Shown piece by piece: positions 20,016 through 28,013 of a stretch of 32,875 nt of DNA. The position numbers were made by a program, and so were the translations under genes. The notes under the pieces are model-generated. The model saw nothing but the letters and a program-made list of their open reading frames with translations. It searched no databases and was not told where the DNA came from. Origin of the DNA: an uncultured Methanobrevibacter sp. (GTDB lineage: Archaea > Methanobacteriota > Methanobacteria > Methanobacteriales > Methanobacteriaceae); the NCBI GenBank assembly GCA_904501935.1, contig CAJGDA010000001.1:1-32875 (forward strand). Reading direction: 5' to 3'. Each line of letters opens with the position of its first letter. Position 1 is the first letter of the stretch.

Positions 20016-20675
20016 TTTTCCACCTAATGCATCACATATAGCTGTTTTTTTATCTCCATCTTCTAAAAATTTATCTGCTAATAAATAAGCAATACTTTTT
20101 ACAAGATTATTTACCTTATATTTTTCTAAATCAATAGATAATATTAAATTAACGGATTTTTCAATTTGATGTTCTTGTGTATTTTTACTACCCATAATTG
20201 GCACTAATGATAAATCAATTAATTCATAGTCACTGATTTCTTTATTATTTTTAATTTTAGTTTCAATATTATTTATAATGATATCTCCGTCTTCATCCAT
20301 AAAAGAATAGACATCAAATTTGAATTTAATTGAATCGCCAATAATGTGAATAATCTTTTTTGCTACTTCAGCAGTGCTAATTACTGCTAATTTAACTTCT
20401 TTTTTTGTTTTCTTTTTAAAGTTTACCATTGAAAAGTATGCTAAAAATCTGTTTTTATCATTTATATCTATAGATGTACTTTGAAATTCAATTATATAAA
20501 TTACATCATCTAATTCAATTATTATATCTGCAATTAGTACTGATGCATTTATAAAACGTATTTCTGATGGATTTAACTTTTTCTTTTTTGATTCTATGTT
20601 AATTCGCTTTAAAAGTACTTCTACCTCTTCTTCGCTCACATCTTTAAAAAGTAGGTCTTCGTGTTTGCTAACCAT
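19812..20675 (-). CDS. Rpn/YhgA-like PD-(D/E)XK nuclease (putative transposase) family protein
   Basis: HEDLLFK N-terminus, catalytic-like AD...IIEFQS (D..ExQ), DKNRF..Y, C-terminal (EGIK)n repeats and MAKYM...EEIQKET.LT..DV tail. Visibly lower GC than its neighbours. Confidence 0.7.
   Translation of the reverse strand: MVSKHEDLLFKDVSEEEVEVLLKRINIESKKKKLNPSEIRFINASVLIADIIIELDDVIYIIEFQSTSIDINDKNRFLAYFSMVNFKKKTKKEVKLAVISTAEVAKKIIHIIGDSIKFKFDVYSFMDEDGDIIINNIETKIKNNKEISDYELIDLSLVPIMGSKNTQEHQIEKSVNLILSIDLEKYKVNNLVKSIAYLLADKFLEDGDKKTAICDALGGKMSAIYDYGQRQKDEGIKEGIKEGIKEGIKEGKKKMAKYMIKEGKTNEEIQKETELTLEDVEKIRNEN
19924..19976. repeat. 12-bp tandem repeat encoding (EGIK)x4
   Basis: ccttctttaata x2, ccttcttttatt x2, then partial ccttc. 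Confidence 0.9.
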
Positions 20676-20814
20676 AAAATCACTTTTTTTAGATTATGTG
20701 TTCTTATTTTATTTATAATATTATTTAAATTGCTCAGTTATTAATAATAACAATTTTACATTCTTTAAACAATTTTTTAAGCTCAAAACAATTTATACAC
20801 GAAAACAATCATAA

Positions 20815-20834
20815 CCACAAAGTATTTTATATAT
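20815..20834 (+). promoter_or_regulatory. Archaeal BRE/TATA promoter of the riboswitch-ribB transcript
   Basis: cacaaagta-TTTTATATAT (20825-20834), about 20-25 nt upstream of the aptamer 5' end. Confidence 0.55.
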
Positions 20835-20851
20835 GATTAATATAACTGTTA

Positions 20852-20982
20852 ATATTTACTCGGGGCGGGGTGCAATTCCCCACCGGTGGTGATTTTGTAA
20901 AAATAAGTCCACGAGCACGATTAAGTGTTGATTTGGTGAGAATCCAAAACCGACGGTGATAGTCCGGATGGAAGAGAAATAT
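20852..20982 (+). ncRNA. FMN riboswitch (RFN element) aptamer
   Basis: Conserved RFN blocks in order: CTCGGGGCGGGGTGCAATTCCCCACCGGTGGT...AAGTCCACGAGC...GTTGATTTGGTGAGAATCCAAAACCGACGGT..TAGTCCGGATGGAAGAG. P1 = 20852-20861 with 20974-20982. Directly upstream of ribB. Confidence 0.93.
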
Positions 20983-21032
20983 GTAATTAGTTATTTTTAG
21001 CCCTGGTTCTAGTAAATATAGGAGATATTACT

Positions 21033-21716
21033 ATGAATCAAGAAACAAATTTAGATAAGGCTCTAGAAGCTATTAGAAACGGCGAGTTTGTACTCGTTTT
21101 TGATGATGATGACAGGGAAGGCGAAGTCGATATGATTATCGCTTCCGAATTTGTAACCCCTAAATCCGTTGCAACCATGAGAAATGATGCAGGCGGATTA
21201 ATCTGCAACTGTTTGCATTCTGATTTTTGTGATGCAATTCATTTACCTTTCATGGTAGACATCATGAAGGCAGCAACAGAAAAGTATCCGGAACTTGCTA
21301 AATTGGCACCGACCGATATTCCATATGATGAGAGGTCATCATTTTCCATATGGACCAACCACAGAAAATCATTCACTGGCGTAACCGACCATGACAGAGC
21401 AATGACCATTAGTGAAATGGCATTAATGATGAAAGAAGAAAGATTTGATGAATTCGGGGCTACTTTTAGATCACCTGGTCACGTATGTCTTTTAAGAGGG
21501 GCAGATGGCCTTGTGAAAAATAGAAGAGGACACACAGAAATAGGTCTTGCTTTGTGTGAAATGGCTGGCGTTACTCCTGTTTGTGTAGTTTGTGAAATGA
21601 TGGACGGTGAAACCGGACAAGCTACATCAGTTGCTGATGCTCGCAAATATGCAGAAGAAAATAATTTGGTCTTGCTTAAAGGCGAAGACATCATCAATAA
21701 ATACATAGAGGAATAA
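21033..21716 (+). CDS. ribB: 3,4-dihydroxy-2-butanone-4-phosphate synthase
   Basis: FDDDDREGEVD, DAGGLIC, PYDERSSFS (archaeal-type insert), TGVTDHDRA, FRSPGHV, RRGHTE, CEMM motifs. Confidence 0.95.
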   Translation: MNQETNLDKALEAIRNGEFVLVFDDDDREGEVDMIIASEFVTPKSVATMRNDAGGLICNCLHSDFCDAIHLPFMVDIMKAATEKYPELAKLAPTDIPYDERSSFSIWTNHRKSFTGVTDHDRAMTISEMALMMKEERFDEFGATFRSPGHVCLLRGADGLVKNRRGHTEIGLALCEMAGVTPVCVVCEMMDGETGQATSVADARKYAEENNLVLLKGEDIINKYIEE

Positions 21717-21717
21717 A

Positions 21718-22131
21718 TCAATTCCTCTCATTGCATTTATTTGCAATGTAATCTGCAATTAATTGGGTATTTTGCTTTATTTTATATGAATTATAAATTC
21801 CAAAAGCAACATATTTCCCATCTTTCATTTTAATTTTCAAACCATCTTTAATTTCATTTGACTTATGTATTGAAGCTATTTTTTGCCATTGAATTCTTAA
21901 CGTTTTACTTCCCAACGCTTTTTCAATATGAATTCCATCATCCAAAATTTTCACTATTTTGACGATGCGGCGATTTTTATCCAGTCCGATTTGAATGTCG
22001 CCGTTTTCATCGAAAACATAATCAGGGACCAAACAGGTTGCTTTCCAACCCTGCTTCATCTTTTTTAAAACATGGGCTCTGTCCTTTTTTGTAAGTTTAA
22101 CGCCTGGTTCTGGACTTAAATTGAGTGCCAT
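21718..22131 (-). CDS. Hypothetical protein (basic; possible PH-like beta domain)
   Basis: 137-aa ORF translationally coupled to the upstream gene (stop/start overlap at 22131). Confidence 0.6.
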   Translation of the reverse strand: MALNLSPEPGVKLTKKDRAHVLKKMKQGWKATCLVPDYVFDENGDIQIGLDKNRRIVKIVKILDDGIHIEKALGSKTLRIQWQKIASIHKSNEIKDGLKIKMKDGKYVAFGIYNSYKIKQNTQLIADYIANKCNERN

Positions 22132-23633
22132 TATATCACTTTTCCTTTAATTTCTTCGAATGTGTAGATTTTACCGAATTCCACTTCGCGGGCCATGCTG
22201 ATTATTTCGTCAACATTTAAATTATTTTCAATTAAATCCATTGCATGGCCTGTAAACAGCTCATATCTGATTTCAACTTCCGGAATGAATCCTCTCATAT
22301 CTGCTGATTTCAATTTAGGAAGTTTCAACACTTTATCGACATTGGTATTATTCTTGATGTATGGAACCACTTGGTCGAATATATCATCATTGTATACCTT
22401 GTTGAGCAGTATTGCTTCTACCGGAACTCCAAATTTGTCAAGCATATTTGCATGTGAAACCAAATCAATTGCGGCTGATTCTATTCCGCCCTTATTTACA
22501 CCTGAAGCCAGTATCATCGGGATTTTTGATGACATTGCAATTTCAGCTGCTGAAAAAGGTACTTTTTCATTTAAAAGACCTGTAAATACGCTCATCACTC
22601 CTTCTATTAGTACAATGTCATAATCTGATGAATTAAGTTTGGATATTGTAGATTCTATGTCTGCCCAACCCAAATGTCCGATTTTTACAGAAGCAAAGTC
22701 TTCCATCTTACCTTTTGTCAAATATAATCCTGGTATAATATCACGCACATCAGGACCGACTTTGAGAAGTGCAACCTTATATCCTCTTTTTCTTATTGCA
22801 CCTGCAAGGCCCGTCATGATAAATGTTTTCCCAGAATCTGATCCGTTGCTTCCAATCATCAGGTATTTTGGCTTTTGAGGCTTGTTTTCCATTTTTGGAA
22901 CCTTGATGCCTGTGTTGATTCCAACTTCGCTTTGTAGGAATTCCTTTACTTTGAGGTTTCTATTGTAAATGTCATCGATGTCTGTTGCATCTATCTGTTC
23001 AAATAGGTTTTCTACAAGAATCGGATTTTCATCTAATATACCGTGAATCATGGTACCGATAACGTTTCCGTCGTCGTTGCATGCTCCGGAGAAAATGTTA
23101 TATTCGGCTTCCTTGTTGACATCACCGTAATTCATTCTTTGGACTTGTGAATAGAACAGTGGCTTTGCATCCCCTTCGACCTTTCCGTAGGTGTGTGTAT
23201 GAAAACCGTCAACGTCTTCGATCTGGTTTTTTACTAAAAATGAGTTGTCAAACACCTTTGCCTTTACGCGGTCGCTTGTAATCAATGGTGAGAAATTCAC
23301 GTCTATTATACCTAGACCATCTTTTACAATAGGCACTGGAGATTTTCTACCTATATCTATTTGATTTGACAGTAGCTGAAATCCGGCACATATTCCGATG
23401 ATAGGCTTTCCGTCACGAGCCATCTTTTTGATTTCAGTGTTCAAATCCATGTCAATGTCATTTGACTCAATCAATGTTCCGCCAGGGATAATCAATGCAT
23501 CCAGTTCTTTTGATGCTTTTAAACCATCAACAAGCCCGTTTTCTTTAACAATATCTGTCGGAAGGTTCCCAAAATCTTCAAATCCCGGGACAGCTCCACT
23601 GACATAAGCAAGTCCAATTCTTGTCATAAACAT
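22131..23633 (-). CDS. CobB/CobQ-related protein: N-terminal class I glutamine amidotransferase + C-terminal CbiA-type P-loop domain
   Basis: LIIPGG, IGICAGFQLL (catalytic Cys), GTMIHG; then GSDSGKT, KVGPD, VLIEGVM, ILLNKV. Confidence 0.75.
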   Translation of the reverse strand: MFMTRIGLAYVSGAVPGFEDFGNLPTDIVKENGLVDGLKASKELDALIIPGGTLIESNDIDMDLNTEIKKMARDGKPIIGICAGFQLLSNQIDIGRKSPVPIVKDGLGIIDVNFSPLITSDRVKAKVFDNSFLVKNQIEDVDGFHTHTYGKVEGDAKPLFYSQVQRMNYGDVNKEAEYNIFSGACNDDGNVIGTMIHGILDENPILVENLFEQIDATDIDDIYNRNLKVKEFLQSEVGINTGIKVPKMENKPQKPKYLMIGSNGSDSGKTFIMTGLAGAIRKRGYKVALLKVGPDVRDIIPGLYLTKGKMEDFASVKIGHLGWADIESTISKLNSSDYDIVLIEGVMSVFTGLLNEKVPFSAAEIAMSSKIPMILASGVNKGGIESAAIDLVSHANMLDKFGVPVEAILLNKVYNDDIFDQVVPYIKNNTNVDKVLKLPKLKSADMRGFIPEVEIRYELFTGHAMDLIENNLNVDEIISMAREVEFGKIYTFEEIKGKVI

Positions 23634-23701
23634 AACCTCTTGTATAATCTATTGTATTTAATTTATATTAAATTTTAGAGGTGTATTTCAAGTGTAAATT
23701 T

Positions 23702-24247
23702 TTAGAAGTCTAACTGTTCTGCAATGCACATTTTGCAAACTGCATTTGGAGAATCAATATTTGCATCTTTTACAGGACAATAATAGATGCCAGCATGTTC
23801 TTCAACTTCCAAAGATCCTGGAAATGGAGTTCCCACAGGATGTATTGGTTCTTCAAGAATAAAAGTAGTATATAATGATATAATTGCATAGATTAAAGGA
23901 AATTTAGTTTTTGTGCTTATAGTTTCATTTTCATTATATGATTTCAATGTAGCTAATGCGTCAATGAATTCTTCCTTGTCAATGCTCTTTTCGTAGTGAT
24001 TTTCATCACTTGAAACATATTTTAAACGGCCTAAGAAATTCTTTGCATAGATTCCCTTGCTTTTTTCACGGTAAGATTTCTGAATATATTTTGACTCTTC
24101 ATTCATTTCAGCGGAAACCTGCATTAAATCAAAAACAGAAATTGTGCTTGAATGTTTCTTTAAAATATTTAAAACAGCATGTTTTGATATTGTTGATTCG
24201 CTGCTTACAACATCTTTAAAATCATTATAAAAGTCATTGTATTTCAT
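23702..24247 (-). CDS. UPF0305 / DUF2115 family methanogen protein
   Basis: YTTFILEEPIHPVGTPFPG...YYCPVKD...AVCKMCIA signature. Confidence 0.85.
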   Translation of the reverse strand: MKYNDFYNDFKDVVSSESTISKHAVLNILKKHSSTISVFDLMQVSAEMNEESKYIQKSYREKSKGIYAKNFLGRLKYVSSDENHYEKSIDKEEFIDALATLKSYNENETISTKTKFPLIYAIISLYTTFILEEPIHPVGTPFPGSLEVEEHAGIYYCPVKDANIDSPNAVCKMCIAEQLDF

Positions 24248-24259
24248 AAATAAAAAAAA

Positions 24260-25630
24260 TTATTGAGTGTTTTCAAAGACACTCATAGCTTTAATAATTT
24301 TTTCGTCATCCAATGGTTTTGCCTGTATTTGCAATCCTACTGGAATGCCGTCGACTTCACCGGCTGGAATGCTTGCTGCAGGAATACCTGCAAGGTTAGC
24401 TATTACGGTTAATATATCGTAGGCATACATTTCCATAGGTTCTAACTCAGCGCCAATTTCGTGAGGAAGTTTAGGCACGGTTGGCCCTACAATCAAGTCC
24501 ACATTTTCAAGCATTGAGGTAATCTCTGCTCTGATTACTGATCTTGCTTTCAATGCTTGCTTGTAGTATTTACCACTGAATTCTGCTTCTGCAATGTGGG
24601 AACCTATTTTGATTCTTCTAAGTACTTCATCACCGCATACTTCTTCGATTCTTGAACCGTAGTCCCTTCCATCATATTTTCTGGTTGCGGAGAAGAATTC
24701 TACATAGTTAATTAAGTAGTAGGTTGGCAAACATAAATCGATATAATCAAAGCTTACTTCAACAAGCTCAGCGCCTGCATCAACTAATTTATTGATAGCT
24801 TTATTGACGGTCTTGTTGATTTCTTCATCGGTAACTTCGATGAACTCTTTACACACTGCTATTTTCATACCTTCTAGGGATGTTTCATCTAATAATTCAG
24901 TAAAGTCAGGTTTATCCCAGTCCAAGGTAGTACATTCGGTTTCATCATAATTTGCAATTGCGTTTAATGCTAAAGCTATTCCGCTCACGTCGTTTGCTAG
25001 AGGTCCGATTTGGTCAAGACTCATTGACAAGTCCAAAAGTCCTTGTCTTGAAACAGCACCGTAGGTTGGCTTGAATCCGACTACTCCACAATGTGAAGCC
25101 GGATTTCTGATAGACCCGCCGGTGTCGGATCCGATTGCAATGTCACACATTTCAGCCGCTACAGCCGCAGCACATCCACCTGATGAACCTCCAGGAATTC
25201 TGCCCATTGCCTTAGGGTTTTGGGTTGGTCCATAGTATGATGTTTCAGTTGAACTTCCTGCTGCAAATTCATCCATATTTAAAATACCGATGATTACGCC
25301 GTCTTCAGCTAGAATTTCATCAACGACAGTTGCATTGTAGCTTCCAATATAGTCTTCTAGGGTTTTGGAAGCTGCTGAAATGATTAAGTCTTCAACATTA
25401 ATGTTTGCTTTAATACCAAATACTAATCCAGCTAAAGCACCTACGTCTTCACCTTTAGCTATTTTTTCATCAATAGCTTCCGCTTGCTTTAATGCATTTT
25501 CATAGTTTAACTCAATGAATGCATTAATTTTTTCGTTATTTTCATCAATAACTTTAATGAAGCTTTCTACATTTTCTTTAGCTGTCATTTCTCCACTTTT
25601 AATGGAGTTTAACTTTTCAATAACGTTCAT
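24260..25630 (-). CDS. gatA: Asp/Glu-tRNA amidotransferase subunit A
   Basis: Amidase signature [42 protein letters not shown]. Confidence 0.95.
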   Translation of the reverse strand: MNVIEKLNSIKSGEMTAKENVESFIKVIDENNEKINAFIELNYENALKQAEAIDEKIAKGEDVGALAGLVFGIKANINVEDLIISAASKTLEDYIGSYNATVVDEILAEDGVIIGILNMDEFAAGSSTETSYYGPTQNPKAMGRIPGGSSGGCAAAVAAEMCDIAIGSDTGGSIRNPASHCGVVGFKPTYGAVSRQGLLDLSMSLDQIGPLANDVSGIALALNAIANYDETECTTLDWDKPDFTELLDETSLEGMKIAVCKEFIEVTDEEINKTVNKAINKLVDAGAELVEVSFDYIDLCLPTYYLINYVEFFSATRKYDGRDYGSRIEEVCGDEVLRRIKIGSHIAEAEFSGKYYKQALKARSVIRAEITSMLENVDLIVGPTVPKLPHEIGAELEPMEMYAYDILTVIANLAGIPAASIPAGEVDGIPVGLQIQAKPLDDEKIIKAMSVFENTQ

Positions 25631-25958
25631 TAAAACACCTAAATAATCGTAATTTATAATAATAATATTTTATTTTTCAAGGTTTATAAAGTTGTTTTTT
25701 TTCATAGGTACTCATTGCTTTAAAGCTTTTAAATTACTTTAAATTCTTATTTAACTGTTTATATATTTTAATTTTTTAATATAACTTATGGAATATGATT
25801 TTAGCTATTGCATATGTTGTAAAAGATTATAAAAATAGTTTTAACAATAATACAAATTATATAGTGTGCAATAATAATTATATTAGGTTTAAAGAACAAA
25901 GATTAAATTAGTTATAGCATGTTTAATTATATTATCTATATTATGAAGGGGTGATAAT

Positions 25959-26753
25959 ATGAAAAAGGCGGTAGTGTTTGATAACTCAGGAACATTGATA
26001 GAAAGGTTTAGAGTTATAAAGGATGTTATAAACGGCAATATATTCACTGACATTAATTCACTGGATTTGATTGAAGCAGCTGATTCTCTGGCTTTGGTGG
26101 TTTTGCAGTTCAATACAAACAAGCTTCAAAAATTGGATTCTGATACCTTGATTTCAGATGTCATTAAGCAATACAATATTGATTTTGATATAAGCTTTTC
26201 AACCAGACAGGTTTCAAAAGCTGAAGTTAAAGACATTCTTGATGTCGAAAGTCATACTAAAGTCTCAGACATCACCGACGGTTTTGATATTTTGAGAGAA
26301 AAGATTCCGCACATGGAGCTGTGCAACGGATCCGCCCTGATTGTTGATATGGATTTGGGCGTTGTTGCATACACCATCACTTCAGCAGGTAAATTTTTCC
26401 CTAAGGTGTTTGAAACCGTTGAAATATTGAAATCACGAGGAATTGAAATATTCATCGCATCAGGTGACAGAAAAGGAGCCATCAACAGATTGGCAAACAT
26501 GCTTGACGTTCCCGAAGACAATGCCTATGGAACAGTTTCAACAAGAGGCAAATGTGAAGTTGTTTCTATACTAAAAGATGGCGGGTATAAGGTCATGATG
26601 GTCGGTGACGGTCTTAATGACATATTGGCATTTAAAAAGGCCGATGTAAGTGTCTTGACAATCGAACAGCAGGAGGAAGTGTCCCCTAAGATGATGGACA
26701 AGACTGATTACATAATCGAAGACATCTTTGAAGTCACCCAAATTGACTTCTGA
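25959..26753 (+). CDS. HAD-superfamily hydrolase, soluble P-type ATPase-like
   Basis: VFDNSGTL (DxxGT), IASGD, K, MVGDGLND motifs; no TM segments. Confidence 0.8.
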   Translation: MKKAVVFDNSGTLIERFRVIKDVINGNIFTDINSLDLIEAADSLALVVLQFNTNKLQKLDSDTLISDVIKQYNIDFDISFSTRQVSKAEVKDILDVESHTKVSDITDGFDILREKIPHMELCNGSALIVDMDLGVVAYTITSAGKFFPKVFETVEILKSRGIEIFIASGDRKGAINRLANMLDVPEDNAYGTVSTRGKCEVVSILKDGGYKVMMVGDGLNDILAFKKADVSVLTIEQQEEVSPKMMDKTDYIIEDIFEVTQIDF

Positions 26754-26770
26754 ATTATTTTTTTATAAGA

Positions 26771-26788
26771 TATAACTTATAAGTTATA
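26771..26788. repeat. Perfect 18-bp palindrome between convergent genes
   Basis: TATAACTTATAAGTTATA is its own reverse complement. Confidence 0.7.
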
Positions 26789-26815
26789 ACTGATAACGTT
26801 AAAAAAAATAATAAG

Positions 26816-27529
26816 TTATAAATTATCAATAACCTCTTTGCTCTTTAATATGTTATCGAAGTTGTTTAACTCTATGATTGCGGTATCAATTTTCTTTAAT
26901 AAGTTTAAATCAAGAGTTCCTTCGCCTAAGGTGATGTGCTGGTCTTTGACGCCGTCATTGTCATTCAGATGGCAATAGCTGATGTTTTTCAGGTTCAGCA
27001 TTTCCTCCAGGTTTCCGCAGGTGTTTCCATGTCCGGTGTCGATGGTCAAGCTGCAGCCTGTTGCCTCCTGAATCATCTCGATTTCCTCAACGGTATTTCC
27101 CAGGAATTTGCCTCTAACCGGCATATTTTCAACAGAGATTTCAACATTTGTATTGTCAATTATATGGCCAACGCTTTCGATTGCATATTCCAATGCCCAT
27201 TTTCTGAGGTGTGGCTCGTTTCGGCCAATGATTCCGGGATGAACCGTAATCGTGTTGGCATTTATTGTTTCGGCATACTGCCCACATTGAATCATTTGGC
27301 GAACGCTTTCTTCACGTATGCCTTTGTTTAAGCTTGCAATGTTGATGTCCACTGTTGCCGCATGGATTCTCATGTCAAGGCCGCAGTCTCTGTATTCCAT
27401 GTTTTCTCTTTCAAAGAACGGGCCTTCCCCTAGGATTTCAATTATCTCAAAGTCATGTTTTTTTGCCAAATCAATTATCTTGTCGTTTTCTTCCATAAAT
27501 AATGCAAGAGTTGTAAAACCTAACTTCAT
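26816..27529 (-). CDS. Sugar-phosphate isomerase/epimerase (xylose-isomerase-like TIM barrel)
   Basis: IHA, TVHPG, VENMP, DTGH, HLNDN...DQH...G.G metal-binding motifs. Confidence 0.85.
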   Translation of the reverse strand: MKLGFTTLALFMEENDKIIDLAKKHDFEIIEILGEGPFFERENMEYRDCGLDMRIHAATVDINIASLNKGIREESVRQMIQCGQYAETINANTITVHPGIIGRNEPHLRKWALEYAIESVGHIIDNTNVEISVENMPVRGKFLGNTVEEIEMIQEATGCSLTIDTGHGNTCGNLEEMLNLKNISYCHLNDNDGVKDQHITLGEGTLDLNLLKKIDTAIIELNNFDNILKSKEVIDNL

Positions 27530-27596
27530 ATTTATATATTGGTTTTGATTATATAATAAATGTTAACATATATCAAATTTTTACATATGGTGAAAT

Positions 27597-28013
27597 ATGA
27601 CAGGTAATGAAAATTTTGATGATAGTCAATCAAAGCTAATAAAACATTTTTCAAATGGAATAACCCGTAATTTAATACTTTGGATTATTTCAAAAGAAAA
27701 AATTCATGGTTACGGTATTATGAAGAAATTAGATGAATTTTTTAGTTTTGATGATGTTAATTGCGATATTAAGAATTCCTCAAGCAAAGTCTATCCGATC
27801 TTAAACAGGATGGAAAGTAACGGACTGATTGAAGGGGAATGGGATATCAATGAGAATAATAAGCGAGTCAAATATTATTCCATCACTGATGACGGTCTAT
27901 TGATTTTAGATAATGTCAGTAACATCTTAACATCATTTTCAAAAAATCCATCTTGGATAGAATTTTATGAAGATATGACTGGAGTGGAGATTAACAATGA
28001 AAAACGCAATTGA
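27597..28013 (+). CDS. PadR-family transcriptional regulator
   Basis: HGYGIMK..., VYPILNRME..GLI.G.W, KRVKYYSITDDG. Confidence 0.9.
   Translation: MTGNENFDDSQSKLIKHFSNGITRNLILWIISKEKIHGYGIMKKLDEFFSFDDVNCDIKNSSSKVYPILNRMESNGLIEGEWDINENNKRVKYYSITDDGLLILDNVSNILTSFSKNPSWIEFYEDMTGVEINNEKRN

Noticed and set aside
19812..20820. Rpn-like gene as a bona fide IS element
   Set aside because: No terminal inverted repeats, target-site duplication or DDE/HUH motifs seen.
20861..20975. GC-rich island considered as a tRNA
   Set aside because: No cloverleaf or TTCGA arm; matches FMN riboswitch blocks instead.
24260..25630. gatA without adjacent gatB/gatC (likewise pyrB without pyrI, tfrA without tfrB)
   Set aside because: Dispersed subunit genes are normal in methanogen genomes.
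25631..25958. ~330-bp AT-rich gap between gatA and the HAD gene as an ncRNA or small gene
   Set aside because: No GC-rich stems or credible ORF; consistent with divergent promoters.
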